A stretch of 64,000 nt of DNA from Chiloscyllium plagiosum. Its lineage: Eukaryota. The position numbers and the translations under genes are program-made. The stretch spans positions 30,165,871 through 30,229,870 of the forward strand of contig NC_057725.1 in NCBI RefSeq assembly GCF_004010195.1, written 5' to 3'. Shown here piece after piece: positions 39,150 through 53,800 of this stretch. Under the pieces are notes generated by a model. It had not been told where the DNA came from and ran no database searches. It saw only the letters and a list, made by a program, of their open reading frames with translations. Numbering within the stretch: the first letter of the stretch is position 1; every line of letters starts with the position of its first letter.

Positions 39150-42100
39150 GGAGGCTAAAGGAGCAATGAGTAAACCTTAAACCAGCACCACCTCTCTGGG
39201 TTAAAGGATTCCAAAGATTCAGTCTTTTAAGTAAGGAAATAAAATTCTCATCCACCCCTGATAAAATAATACACTCTGGACTCATCCACAAAAGGAAACA
39301 TCCTTTCTGTGTCCACCTTGACAAGACCATTCAGGATCTCGTAAACTTTAATGAAGTTGCACATCACTCTTCTAACACTAGTGGAAATAAGCCTAACCTG
39401 CTCAAACTATCCACAAATGACAACTCACTCATTCTAGGTATCAATCCAGGAAGCTTTTAAAGCCTTCAACACATGTGTATCATTTATTAAACAAAGAGAC
39501 CAAAACCGCAAATATTATTTGAGATGTTGTCTCACCAATATCTTGTTTAGTTGAAGCATAACATCCATATCTTTATGTTCAATATCTCTTGCAATAAAGG
39601 ATAGCATTCCAGTACACTTCCTGAATACATGCTATACCACATAATATTTTGTGACTAGTACTGCATCCCTCTTCCCCATGGGATTCCACAATTGTTCTTC
39701 ATTTAAGGAATATTGTACTTTTCCATTCTTCCTGCCACAACTGCAAATTATACTCCATCTGTCAGATTGCTGCCCATTCATTCAACATATCTATGTCAAT
39801 CATAGTATACTTTCCTACCTATCTTTGAGCCATCTGCGAATTGAGCCACTATGACTTTAGTCCCCTCATCTAAATCTTCGTAAATTGTAAAAGGTTGAGG
39901 GCCTAGCAAAGGCCCCTGTGATTCTCTGCTCATCACATCCTGCCAATCAGGAAAATGCCCATTTATGCATCCTGATTACTGCTAGCTTACCAATCTGATC
40001 TACACCATGAGCTTTTATTTCCGACAATATCCATTGATGCAGGACCTGATTAAACCTATTCTGGAAATCCAAGTACAGTATGTCTACAGGCTGTCTTTCA
40101 TCCACAACAAAACTCCTTCAAGGAATAAATTTATGAAACTATAATTTCACTTTCACAAAACCATACTGATACTTCCTCATTATTTTGAGTTTTTCTATAT
40201 GCCCAGGTACAACCTCAAACACCTCACCAATGACAGACATAAAACTAACTGGCCTATTGTTTTCTGCTTCCATTCTTTCTTGAATAGAGGGATTACATTT
40301 GCCACTTTCTATCCTGATCGATCCTTTCTTGAACGTGGTGAATTTTTTAAAAAAATTTGATACCATAACATCTACTTCTTCATTAGCCACATCTCTTAAG
40401 ACCCTAGAATGAAATCCATCAAGATTTGGAAACTTGCCAACTTGCAGCTCTATCAGATTGCTTCTTGCAGCTTCTTTAATGATTGTAATTTCCATACATT
40501 CCTCTCCTTTTTACCTGCAAATTTACAGCATTTACTGGTATGTTGTTTGTATCATCTGTGGTGAAGATGGAAGCAATATATTTTTCATTTCATCTGCTAT
40601 TTCCTTATTGTTGACTATTAAGTTCCCATTCTCAGTCTAGAGTGAACTGACACTCACTTTATTTACCTCTTACTCTTAATACCTTTATTACATTGCTGGC
40701 TAGCTTCCTCTCTTATTCTCATTTTTTCCTTCAAATTAATCTTTAAGTTATTATCTGTCATTCTTCATACTCTGACCATTCATCTGACTTCTCATTGATG
40801 TTTGGTTATATGCTTTTTCCTCCATTTTGATGCTTTCCTCAATTTTCCTTAAGGTCGATCCTTAAAAATGTTTCCTTTTTTTGTAGGAATATACACATTA
40901 AATATTCTAAAGTATCTTCTTAAGTGGCAGTCACTGCATCTCTATTGATCTATCCCTTAGGCAAGTATGTCAATTCTCTTCAGCAAGTTCAATATTAACG
41001 CCGATAGAGTTGCCCTTATTTAAAAGACTAGACTTTGAATAAATCTTCTCCTGTCAAATGGGATATAAAATTCAATCACTTTATGGTTGCTGTTGCCTAG
41101 AAGTGCCTAAATCTGAGGTCATTTATTAATTCTGTTCTGAAGAAGAGTCACTGGGACCTGAAACATTGACTCTACTTTGTCTCCACAGATGTTGCCAGAC
41201 CTGTTGACATTCTCCAGCAATTTCCAGCATCCGCGGTTCTTTGTTTCTTCATAATTAATTAATCCTGTGCCATTACACAATACCAAGTCTAGTGTAACCT
41301 GTTCTTTGGTTGGTTCTAGAATATGTTGCTCGAAGAAACTATCTCAGGCACTCTGAGCTCCTCATCATAGCTACTACTGTCATTCTGAGTTCTCCAATTT
41401 ATATGCAGATTAAAGTCACCCATGATTAATGATGTCTCTTTGTCACAAGAACTCAATATTTGTTCTTGTATACTTTGTCCCACTGTGTTTACTGTAGGGG
41501 CCACTAATGACTGATTCTCCCTTCTATTTCTCATCCTCACCCAAACTGATTCAACATGCTGATCCCTTGAACCAAGTTCATTTGTAACCATTGCATAAAT
41601 AAAATCTAGTTTTCCACTCTCCTAGATGTCATTTACATCTCTGTAGTCAGGGCCCATTCCTTGTCATTATCCAACCATATCTCCATAATAGCTATCAGAT
41701 CATACTTATATACTTTGTTCAATATCAATTCATTTATAAACACTATGCGCATTCAGATACAGAGACCTTAGTTTTACATTTTTGTTATCTTTGTAAATTC
41801 TCTTTTGCTTGTGTCTTCTTGAGTTTTATCTGTCTGTCCCTTGCTGCTATTTTTTGAACTTCATTTTCCATTTAATTCTTCTCCTCCTGTATAAACCTTT
41901 GTACATGACATTTTTCCACATTTGATCCTTTGTCCCAACTATTTAGATTAAAATCATCTCTATTTCTCTAATTTATATAGTTTGCAAAAACACTGGTCCC
42001 AGCACAGTTTCAGAGCAGACCGTCCCAATGGTTTAAACCCACATTTTCTGCAGTACTGGTGTCAGTACCCATAAGCTGAACCCATCTCTCCCACACCATT

Positions 42101-42420
42101 CTTTGATTCAGGTATTAATCTCTCATTTTTTTGTATCCTTTTGCCAATTTACAGTGGGTCAGATAATAATCTGGAGGTTATAACTTTTGAGAGTCTGCTT
42201 TTAAATTTTGTTTTTAGTCTCATAATCTCTATGCAGAATCTCTTCCCAGTTCTCCTTTGATGTCAACACCAACATGGACCACCAGAACTAGATCTCCCCT
42301 TCCCATTGTAGGTTCCTCTCCAAACCTGAGCATCGAGGGCCTGTACTGCACTGAAATGTTCTATGTCCCTAACCCTGGTATCAAGCTGGTAACACAACTG
42401 TCTGGACTCTTTGAGCTTTA
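39150..42420 (-). mobile_element. Long, old CR1 LINE (endonuclease and RT remnants)
   Basis: VESVWV..IMGDFNLHINW (41316-41591); DGFHSRVLRDVA..RPVSFMSVIG..QYGFVK (40139-40495). Confidence 0.75.
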
Positions 42421-42899
42421 GCTTTCACCCCAGCTTGATCAGTTTCTTCTGATAGGATCACTTTTGACAAAAGCAAAAACTTGTACTCATGTAGTTTCCA
42501 AAACCTCCAGTAGTGCAGAATAAATGTGCCATAATATTGAAAGCACCAAATCTTGTGTTAAGTGGCACACTTGTATGACATATTTTTGTCACACAAAAAA
42601 AATAATAATTATTAGAGCCATGCTCTTCTGACCTAGAGCCAGAGGTTTCAAATACTTTTTGTATCCAAAAGTGCACTTAAAACTGAACTTTTTTTTTCTC
42701 CATCGCCAAATCACCTATGGTATTTTACCAGCTATGAACCATCACCAGTAAATCAACTGTGTTTTTCATTTGGTGAGTTTACATAAAAAGCCCATCAAGA
42801 ACAATGCAGACCACAAAAGATGAGGGAGAGGGAGGAACTAACTCAAATTGGAAGGGGAAATAGAGCACTCTGCAGTATCCAGCTTTCTCCAAAACCATC

Positions 42900-43035
42900 A
42901 AGAGTATGATTTGGAGATCCTGGTGTTGGACTGGAGTGTACAAAGTTAAAAATCACACAACACCAGGTTATAGTCCAACTGGTTTAATTGGAAGCACTTC
43001 AGCTTTCGGAGCATCGCTCCTTCATCAGGTGATAG
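42900..43035 (-). mobile_element. Penelope-type terminal repeat of a second family, with hammerhead core
   Basis: rc: CACCTGATGAAGGAGCGATGCTCCGAAAGCT..CAATTAAACCAGTTGGACTATAACCTGGTGTTGTGTGATTTTTAAC. Confidence 0.7.
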
Positions 43036-44699
43036 TCAAGATTATTGGTGGATACCTCATGCTCCCTCTCTAAGGACATCCAGGCATGAATGTAGCCATG
43101 GGTACAGTAGATTTTTATTTGATTAACCTATTTTTCAAATCAATCTATTCAGAGATGTTATTACACACCTGTTAAGCAGGTGGAACTTGACCCTAGGCCT
43201 CCTGGTCTAGGATTCAGGATACTACCACTGCACAAGAGGGCTTTAAGGAGTAGGTAGTCGGGTCGGAGATAGCTACAGCTGATTCTGGCCAGATGTAATT
43301 ATTTGGATTTAGTTTGAGGGAAGTGCTTCATTTTGCTGCTAAACGTTACAATCAGGCTGCAGATTATCTGTGAGCAAAAACACAAGACAGCCACTTGTTA
43401 TCCATGATTATTCACCTCCTTCTCAAAGTAATTAGATCTGATCTTGATCCACCAAGGATAATTATCACCCTCTTGTTAGATTTGGTTTCAAGAGAGAAGC
43501 AATGCAAGTGCTCTGGATTTAAAATATTTAATCAAAGCAACATCAAAGAAGAGCCAGATAATTAATTCAAAAGTTAATTAAATTCCCACTTGTCAAGGTA
43601 TTACTTTATCAGTGTCGAAAGTTAAAAATATCATTACAACATAAGTTTAAAAAATATATTAATAGCAAAGTCCCACAGATTCTACATACAAACTTTTTCT
43701 TATTCTTCAAAAGATATCAGCATCATTCGTTGGGACAGAATTTATTACCCATCTCTCTCTTCCCTTGAGAAAGGCATAGCTCACCACTTTCTTAATTACA
43801 ACTGAACTTGCTAGACCCAGTTAATTCAGAACTGCACCTTGAAATGGCAGAGCAAGCTTAGTTATAATTAGAAAGTGGTGACCTTGAAACTACCAGATTG
43901 TCATAAAACACAGCTGGTTTACTAATATCCTTTTGGGATGGAAATCTGCTGTCATTCCCCAGTCCGGCATATATGTGACTCCAGACCCAGACTGGTGAAA
44001 AACAACAAATTTTCATCCCTAAAGTATATTAGTCAGTGGTGTTTTATCTCGTAGTTTCAGGATCACCAGTGCTGAGAGTAGCTTTCTGTTCCAGCTTTAT
44101 CACTTTAACTGAATTCTAATTCTGGCTGCTCTGGTGGGATTTGAACACCTGCTTCTAGCACATCATGTTTGTGGCAGCTCTCTGTAAAAGCAATTTAGCT
44201 ACCCCTACTCCTTTGACCTTTTTATGTAACCCGGCAAATTTCTTCTGTTCAGGTGCTCACTTGATCTCTTTTTTAAAGCTCTGAATGAATCTCCCTCCAC
44301 CATACTTCTAGGCAATGTGTTTTAGATCCTAAGCACTCAAAATGTTAAAAAAGAATTCCTCACGTCATCTTTGATCTTTTAACGATCACTAAGCCTGTGC
44401 CTAATGGTTCTCAGCCATTCCACCAAGAACAACCTCACTCTATAATGAATGTCCCATGATAATAAACTGCTAATTTTGTGTTCTGCAACATGGAATAGAA
44501 TGTAATTTCTTCACTTCTAAATAAACTTGTATTTACAGAACACCTTTCATGGCCTGAAATATTACAAAGTGATTTATGGCCAAAGAAGTGTAGTCACTGT
44601 TGTAATTTAGAAAATGGAGCAGTTGATTTGCCCAGAGTAAGCTCCCACAAACAATGAAGAATGAATGACTTTCTTAAATAACTTATAACCCTGCCAAGA

Positions 44700-45800
44700 A
44701 TTTTACAAAATATTAATTCATGTGATGTGGGCATCAATGACAAGCTTATTGCCCAAGCCTAATTGATCCAGTGCAGTCCTTAGGCGGTAGACACTCCCAC
44801 AGTACTGTTAAGAGGGGGATTCAAGGATTTTAACTGTGTGACAATGAAAGAATGGCAATATACTTCCAAGTCAGGATGTCATGGGGCTTGGTAGACAACT
44901 TACAACTATTGGGTATTCCTATGCATCTGCTGCCACTTTTTTTCCAGCTGGTGGAAACCGTGCATTTCAAAAATGCTGTTAAAGGAGTTGCTGTAGTGCA
45001 TCTTGTATACGCAGATGCCACTATGTGTCAGTGATGAAGAGAATAAGTGTTAAAGATGATAAGTAGGGTGCCTTTTGGACAGATTGTTTTGGCCTGGGTG
45101 GTGCTGACCTTTGAGTGTTGTTAGAATTGAATTCACCCAGGCAAGTGCAGGGTATTCCATCACCCTCCTGACTTGTTGCTTTTAAATGATTGGCAAATTT
45201 TTTTGATTAAGGTTGAAATATTTCTCATAAAATTCCCAGACTCTGACATGTTCTTGTAGCCACAGTAGTCATGTGGCTGGTCCAGTTTAATTTCTGGTCA
45301 ATGGTAGCCCCCAGGATGTTGAGAGTGAAGGAATTCAGAAATGGTTCGGAGGAGATGTTTGGATTCTTACTTGTGGGAGGTGGTCATTGCCTTACATGTG
45401 TGGCATAAAATGTTTCTTGCTACTGATTACCCCAAGTTTGGATTTTGTCCATGTCTTGCTACACATAGATGTGGGCTACTTCAGTATCTGAGGAATTGTA
45501 GATTCTGCTGAACATTGTGTAGTTGTTAATGAACATCCTTTAAGATGGAGGGAAGGTAACTGATGCAGAATCGGAAGATCATATGACGAGGACAATACCT
45601 TGAGGAACTCTTGCAGTCATGTCCTTGGACTAAGATAATTGACTATCAAAAAATACAATGTTTGTGCTGGGTATGATTCCAACCAGTGAATAGTTTGACC
45701 CTAGTTCTCATCAACTTCAGTTTTGTTAGGGCTTCTTGATGCCACACTCAGTCAGGAACAGTCATTCTCACCTCACTTCTGGAGTTCAGATCTTTCATCC
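44700..45800 (-). mobile_element. Degraded CR1/L2-group LINE 3' part
   Basis: Reverse complement of the 33850-34850 family (ILTWKYIA.., ttgaccagaaa). Confidence 0.7.
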
Positions 45801-46134
45801 ATATTTATTCATTTAATGGCGTCATTCTTCCAGAGCACAAGGAGCAAGATAATTCTATAGAATAATTGAATCTCTAAGATCCCATCCAATCCGAGAAAAG
45901 GAACTTGCATTTGAAAATAAATTGGAAATGACAATATTTCTTAGTAGAGTTGCGTAATAGTGGAAAAAAACATTTGTTCTCCTCTCTGGAGTTTTGTGTT
46001 CTGTCTGGGCACTGTTCCTCAGGAAGGATTTTAACTCTTTCTATTGAATGCGGGCATTTATGACAAAAGCTGCATTTTTTTGCTAATCGCTCTTGAACTC
46101 AATGGCTTGTTAAACTAAAGCACAATTAAGAGGA

Positions 46135-46512
46135 GGTCGAGAGTGTGGTGCTGGAAAAGCACAGCTGGTCAGGCAGCATCAGAGCAGCAGGAGAATTGAT
46201 GTTTCGGGCATAAGCCCTTCATCAGGAATGAGGCTTGTGGGTCGGGCCAACTCGGCCCATCCTCCGGACCCGTCCATCACTGCCCCCTCTGACTATCACC
46301 TTCTACCTCACGTATCGCTTTCCCAGCTACCTCCCCCCAACCCCACACTCCTTCATTTATCTCTCAGCCCGAACCCACAAGCCTCATTCCTGATGAAGGG
46401 CTTATGCCCGAAACATCGATTCTCCTGCTCCTCGGATGCTGCCTGACCTGCTGTGCTATTCCAGCACCACACTCTCGACTCTGATTTCAAGCATCTGCAG
46501 TCCTCACTTTCT
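46135..46512. mobile_element. Fold-back Penelope-type terminal-repeat insertion with two hammerhead cores
   Basis: Arms 46136-46247 and 46367-46479 are reverse complements; TSD cacaattaagagga / cacagttaagagga (13/14). Confidence 0.85.
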
Positions 46513-47699
46513 CACAGTTAAGAGGAAGCCATGTTAATGAGATGTAGAAGACACATTGATGGATTTCCATCCCTAAATGGCATTAGTGAACCAAATGGGT
46601 CTTTATGACAATTGATGATTGCATCGTGGTCACCATTGTGGAGGTTAGTTTTCTGTTCCAGATTTATTAATTAAATTTAATTTCCACTAGCTGCTGTTGT
46701 GGGATTTTATCACCTGTGCCCAAAACATTATCCTGGCCATCTGACAGTACAATTACACCACTGTCTCCCCCACTATATTGGCCTTGAAGTAAGTTTATAC
46801 AGATTCATCGGAATGATAACTAGGACATAGAAGGTTCAAGTATGAAATGAGGTTTCCTAGGTTAGTACTGACTAAGTATAGAAAATTAAGGAACTCCTTT
46901 GGCACAGTGTCAGTGAGCCTATAGTCAGGAGGCCTGGGTTTCAGTCCCATCTGTTCCAAGGTGATATCATCAGAATTTGAGGGATGATTAGATTGAAGTC
47001 TTTAAGATGATAAAGGGATCGAACAAACCAAAAATTGTTTCCTCTGGTGATGAGTCTGGAACAAAGTGGCTTTTCTTTGTCTAGAGAGCTGGTTACAACC
47101 TGAATTTGTCAAACAATTTCCTTTTGTAAAACTATGTTGATTCTATATTATGCTATGATTTTCTATTGCTTTGTTAAACATCCTCAACAATAGAGTCCAG
47201 CACACACCCTGTGACCAATGTTGCATTTCAGGCCTATAGTTTTCTCATCTTCCTTTCATTAATAATGCTGTTACATTTACTAATTTGTATCTTGCTGAAC
47301 TGTTCTGGAATTATGGAATTTTGGAAAATCATAACCAATGCATCCACTATCTCTGCACTCACCTCTTTTAGTACTCTAGGATGAAGGTCATCAGATCTTG
47401 GAATGTCATCTTTTAGTCCCTTATATTTCTCCTAATACTTTTTCTGCTGATATTAATTAACTCAGAATCCTTATTAACCTCCTTTTCTGGTATGCAACTT
47501 GTGTTTACTGCTGTGAAGATGGACAAAATATTTGTTGACTATCTTTTAAACATTTCCACAATCAAGGTAGATACGATTGTTTTTGGTCAAGAGTATTACA
47601 AGTCATTGAACCAAGTGGAGATGCAGTGCATATCTTCAACCATCTAATTAAACAACTGAGGGAGTACACTGAAGGTTCACTAGACTTGTTCCTGGGATG

Positions 47700-50110
47700 G
47701 TCAGACTAGCAAGGTTAGATCTCATGGAATACAGGGAGAACTCGCCATTTGGATACAGAAATGGCTTGAAGGTAGAAGCCAGAGGGTGGTGGTGGAGGAT
47801 TGCCTTTCAGACTGGAGGCCTGTGACCAGTGGTGTGCCACAAACATTGGTGCTGGGTCCACTACTTTTCATCATTTATATAAATGACTCAGATCTGAACA
47901 TAGGAGGTATAGATAGTATGTTTGCAGATTACACCAAAATTGGAGGTGTAGTGAACAGAGAAGAAGGTTACCTCAGAGTACCTGAGGAGCTAAGGAGTGG
48001 CAAATGGAGTTTAATTTAGATAAATGTGAGGTGCTACATTTTGGAAAGGCAAATCAGGGCAGGACTTACACACTTAATGGTAAGGTCCTGAGGAGTGTTG
48101 CTGAACAAAGAGACCTTGGAGTACACATTCATAGTTCATAGAAATAGAACATTACAGCGCAGCATATGCTCTTCGGGCCCTGATGTTGCACCGACCTGTG
48201 GAACCAGTCTGAAGCCCATCTATCCTACTCAATTCCATTATCATCTATCTGTTTATCCAGTGACTATTCAAATGCCCTTAAAATTGGCAAGTCTACGACT
48301 GTTGCAGGCAGGGCATTCCACACCTCGACTACTCTGAGTAAAGAGACTACCTCTGAAATCTGTCCTATATTTATCACCCCTCAATTTAAAGCTAAGTCCC
48401 CTTGTGCTAGCCATCACCATCTGAGGAAAAAGGCTCTCACAGTCCACCCTATCTGATTATCTTATATGCCTCAATTAAGTCACCTCTCAACCTTTTCTCT
48501 ACAACAAAATCAGCCTCAAGTCCCTCAGTCTTTCCTCATAAGACCTTCCCTCCATATCAGGCAACATCCTAGTAAATCACATTTGATCCCTTTCTAAAGC
48601 TTCCAGATCGTTCCTATAATGCAGTGACCAGAACTGTATGCAATGCTCCAAGTGAGGCCGCACCACAGTTTTGCACAGCTGCAACACGACGTTGTGGCTT
48701 CGAAACTCAATTCTTCTACCAATAAAAGCTAACACACCGTATGCCTTCTTAACAACCTATCAGCATGGGTGGTAACTTTCAGGGATCCACGTACATGGAC
48801 ACCAAGATCTCTCTGGTCATCCACGCTACCAAGAATCTTACCATTAGCCTAGTACCCTGCATTCCTGTTACTCCTTCCAAAGTGAATCACCTCACACTTT
48901 TCCACATTAAACTCAATTCTCCACCTCTCAGCCCAGTTCTGGAGCTAATCTATGTTCCTCGGTAACCTGCAACATCTTTCGGCACTATCCACAACTCCAC
49001 CGACCTTAGTGTCATCTGCAAATCCACCAATCCATCCTTCTACACCCTCATTCATAAAAATGATGACAACAGCGGACCCAAAACAGATCCCTGTGGCACA
49101 CCACTAGCAACCAAATTCCAGTTGAACATTTCCCATCAATCACCATCCTCTATCCTCCTTCAGCGAGCCAGTTTGATCCAAAACACTAAATCACCCTCAA
49201 TCCCATCTCTCCGTATTTTGTGTGGTACCCTACCGTGGGGAACCCTATCAAACGCCCCACTAAAATCCATATACACTACATCAACCACTTTAGTGAACAG
49301 TGGAGGAGGTTACTTCAGATCAGAACAGAATCTTGATCAGATGGACCAATAGGCTGAGGAGTGGCAGATGAAATTAAGATAAATATGAGATGCTGTGTTT
49401 TGGAAAGGCAGGATTTATACACTTAATGGTAAGGTCCTGTGGAGTGTTGCTGAACAAAGAGACCTTGGAGTGCACGTTCATAGTTGCAGCTTGATTGGAT
49501 AGCTAAGAAGATGTTTGATAAGCTTGCCTTTATCGGTCAGTGTATTGAATATAGGAGTTCGGAGGTCATGTTATGGCTGTACAGGGCATTGGTTAGGCCA
49601 CTTTTGGAATACTGTACAATTTTTGTCTCCCTGCTAAAGGAAGGATGTTGTGAAACTTGAAATGGTTCAGAAAACCTTTACAAGGATGTTGGAGGATTTG
49701 AGTTATAGGGAGAGGCTGAATATGCTAGGGCTATTTTCCCTGGAGCGTCAGAGGCTAAGAGGTGACATTATAGAGATTTATAAAATCATGAGGAGCATGG
49801 AAAGGTGAATAGTCAAGGTCTTTTCCCCAGAGTGGGGAATCCAAAAAGGGGGCATAGGTTTAAGGTGAGAGGAATAAGATTTAAAAGAGACCCAAGGGGC
49901 AACATTTTCTTGCAGAGGGTGGTGTGTGTCTGGAACAAACTTCCAGAAGTAGTGGTGGAAGCTGGTACAACAACAACGTTTAAAAGGTGTCTGGATGAGT
50001 ATATGAATAGGAAGGGTTTAGAGGAAAATGGGTCACATGCTGGCAAATGGGACTAGATTAACTTAGGATGTCTAGTCGGCATGGACGAGTTGGATCAAAA
50101 GGTCTATTTC
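47700..50110. mobile_element. Nested CR1 cluster: + copies (47700-48135, 49290-50110) flanking a - copy (48136-49290)
   Basis: WRPVTSGVPQ..FADYTKIGG; RGHRFKVRG..WNKLPE; internal rc CR1 3' end. Confidence 0.85.
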
Positions 50111-50134
50111 CAACTCTAGACTTTTTTTTTATGG

Positions 50135-50815
50135 CTCAGTTCTCCAGCTGTCAGAATCTCTGCATCTCTCTCTGCCTCATCTCTCCAGATGTCAGACTTT
50201 TTCTATCACTCACCTCTCCAGATATCAGTCTCTCTCACTTATGGCTCAGCTCTCGATAGTAGGAAATTGTGGATGGCACAGTGGTTAGCACCACTTTCAT
50301 TCAAAGATGTGCAGGTCAGGTGAATTGACCATGCTAAATTGCCCGTAGTATTAGGTAAAGGGTTAAACGTAGGGGAAAGGGTGGGTTGCGCGTCAGTGTG
50401 GACTTATTGAGCCGAAGGGCCTGTTTCCACACTGTAAGTAATCTAATCTAATCTTTCTCTTTATCATTCACCTCACAAAGTTTCTGACTCTTTCTCATTG
50501 GCTCACCCCATCCAGATGTCAGTCTCTCATACACTATATATGTCTCCAGTTATCAGACTTTCCCCCTCTCTCATGCATTCCATTGCCCACCTCTCCAGCT
50601 AACTGTCTCTCAATTACCTCTCCACCTAAGAGATTCTCTCCCTTTGTCATTATTCTCCCTAGATTTAATGCTCTTTCACTCTATTGATGAACACTCCAGC
50701 TATCGGTCTCTCACCTCTCCAGATTCCAAGCTCTCTTTGCATCTATCACTCGCCTCTCCAGCTCTCTCTCTCTCTCTATGGCTCACCCTATCAGCTGTCC
50801 ATCTCTCTCTCTCGT
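50135..50815. repeat. Degenerate CT-rich minisatellite (ctcacctctccagatgtcagtct-like) interrupted by an HE1-like SINE (50272-50452)
   Basis: Recurrent cacctctccag units; SINE head ggcacagtggttagcac and (TAATC)n tail. Confidence 0.7.
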
Positions 50816-53800
50816 GTTATAGAATGTAGCACGGTACAGACCCTTCGGCCCTCGATGCTGTGCCACCCTTTTATCCTATACTAAAATCAGACTAATCTAC
50901 ATACCCTTCATTGTTCCAACTTCCATGTGCCTATCGAAAAGTTACTTAAATGTCCCTAATGTATCTGACTCTACTACCTCTACTCTCCGAGTAAAGAACC
51001 TACCTCTGACAACCTCTCCCCCCCCCAAACCTTCCTCCAATTACATTAAAATTATGCCCCCTCATGATAGACATTTCTGCCATGGGAAAAAGTCTCTGGC
51101 TACCCACTCTATATCTGTGCCTGCCAACATCTTATACACCTCTATCAAGTCACCTCTCATCCTTCTTTGCTCCAATGAGAAAAGTCCTAGTTCCCTCAAA
51201 CTTTCTTTATAAGACATCCCGTCCAGTCCAGGCATTATCCTGGTAAATCTCCTCTCTAAAGCTTCCACATCTTTCCTATAACGAGACAACCAGAATTGAA
51301 CACAATACTCCAAGTGTGATCTTACCAGAGATTTATAGAGCTGCAGCATAACCTTGCGGCTCTTAAAACTCAATCCCCCTGCTAATGAAAGCCAACACAC
51401 TATAAGCCTTCTTAACAATCCTATCAACCTGGGGGGCAACTTTGAGGGATCTATGGACATGGATTCCAAGATCCCTCTATTCCTCCACACTGCCAAGAAC
51501 CCTGCCTTTAACCCTGTATTCTGCATTCAAATTCGATCTTCTAAAGTGAATCACTTCATACTTTTCCAGGTTGATCTCCATCTGCCACTTTTCAGTCCAG
51601 TTCTGCATCCTGCCAATGTTTCGTTGCAACCTACCAAAACCCTTCAATACTACCCACAATTCCACCAACATTCGCATCATCAGCAAACTCACCAACCCGA
51701 CCATTCCATTTCCTCATCCAAGTCATCTATAAAAATCACAAAGAACAGAGGTCCCAGTATAGGTCCCTGCAGAACACCACCGGCCACCAAGCTCCAGGCT
51801 AAATACTTTTCATCTACCACCACCCTCTGTTTTCTATGGGCCAGCCAACTCTGTATCCAGACAGACAGGTTTCTTGTATCCCATGCCTCCTTACTTTCTG
51901 AATGAGGCTACCATGGGAAACCTTATCAAACGCATCGCTAAAATCCATATACACCACATCCACTGCTCTATCTTCATCAACGTGTTTTGTCAGATCCTCA
52001 AAGAATTGAATAAAGTTTGTGAGACATGACCTGTCCCTCACAAAGCCATGCTCACTATCTCTGTAATCAAACTATGGTTTTCCAAGTAATCATAAATTCT
52101 GTCTCTCAGAAGCCTCTTCAATACCTTGAGCACCACTGACTGGTCTGTAATTCCCAGGATTATCTCTCTTCCCTTTCTTGAACAAGGGAACAAGATTTGC
52201 CAGCCTCCAATCATCTGGTACTACTCCAGTGGACAGTGAGGATGCAAAGATCATTGCCAAAGGCACAACAATCTCTTCCCTCGCTTCCTGTGGTATTCTT
52301 TACTTTATTAATTCACAAGATGAGGGCATCTCTGGCTAGGCCAGCATTCATTGCCCAGAGAGCAGTTAAGAGTCAACCACATTGCTGTGGGTCTGGATTC
52401 ACATGTAGACCAGACTGGATAAGGATGGCAGTTTACTTCCTTAAAGGACATTAGTGAACCAGATGGGTTTTTTTTCCTGACAATTGATTCATTGTTATTA
52501 TTAGTCTTAATTCCAAGTATTTATTGAATTCAAATTCCATCATCTGCCATGGTGGGATTCAAACTTGGGTCCCCACAACCTTACCTGGATTAATAGTCTA
52601 TCAATAATACCACTAGACCATCGCCTAGCCAAGTAACCTAGGGTTTATCCCATCAGGCCCAGGGAATTTATTTATACTTACGTTTTTCAAAATATTCAGC
52701 ACATCCTCCTTCCTAACATCAGCCTGTTCTTGCATATCAGTCTGTTTCATGCTGTCCTCAAAAATGTCAAGGTCCCTCTCAGTAGTGAATATTGAAGCAA
52801 AGGATTCATTAAGGACCTGCTCTACTTCCTCCAACTCCAGGTGCAAGTTCCCTCCAACTCCAGGTGCAATTTCCCTCCACTATTCCTAACCAGCTCTACC
52901 CTCACATTGGGTATTCTCTTCTTCCTGACATAAATCTAAAACACCTGAGGGTTTTTCTTGATCCTACCTTCTAAAGATTTCTCATACCTCCTTCTAGCTC
53001 TCCTAAGTCCATTCTTCAGTTCGTTCCTGGCCACCTTGTAACCCTCTAAAACCCTGTCTGATCCTTGCCTCTTTAACCTAAAGTAAGCTTTCTTCTTCCT
53101 TTTGACTAGATGTTCCACATCTCTTGTCACCCAAGGTTCTTTCAACCTACCATCCCTTCCTTGCTTCAGTGGGACAAACCTGTCCAGCACTATCAGTAGG
53201 TTTTAGCGAGTTTTGAGATTTGTAGCTCAGGTCGGAGTTTTGGATGTAGGTTTGCTTGCTGAGCTGAAAAGTTCATTTCCAGACGTTTCATTACCCTACT
53301 AGGTAATGTCTTCATGGGCCTCAGGCAAAGCAATGCTGAAAATTCCTGCTTTCAATTTATATGTTTGAGATTCTTTGGTTTGATGATGTCATTTCCTGTG
53401 GTGAAGTCACTTCCGGTTCCTTTTCTCAGGGGGTGGTAGATGGAGTGTAACTCAATGTGTTTGTTGAGAGTGTTCCGGTTGGAATGCCATGCTTCTAGGA
53501 ATTCTCATGCATATCTTCATTTGGCTTGTCCTAGGATGGATGTGTTGTCCCAGTCGAAGTGGTGTCCTTCCTTATCTGTATGTAAGGATACTTGAGAGAG
53601 GGTCATGTCTTTCTGTGGCTAGTTGGTGCTCATGTATCCTGATGGCTAGTTTTCTACCTGTTTCTCCAATGTAGTGTTTGTTACAGTCTTTGCGCAGTAT
53701 TTTGTAAATGATATTAGTTTTGCTCATTGTCTGTATAGGGTCTTTCAAGTTCATTAGCTGCTATTTTAGTGTGTTGGTGGGTATGTGGGCTACCATGATG

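Noticed and set aside
47950-49485. ~190-bp giant TSD around the inner CR1
   Set aside because: The two flanks differ by many substitutions and indels; more likely independent CR1 copies
52826-52880. 22-bp tandem duplication
   Set aside because: Ordinary slippage inside a dead CR1
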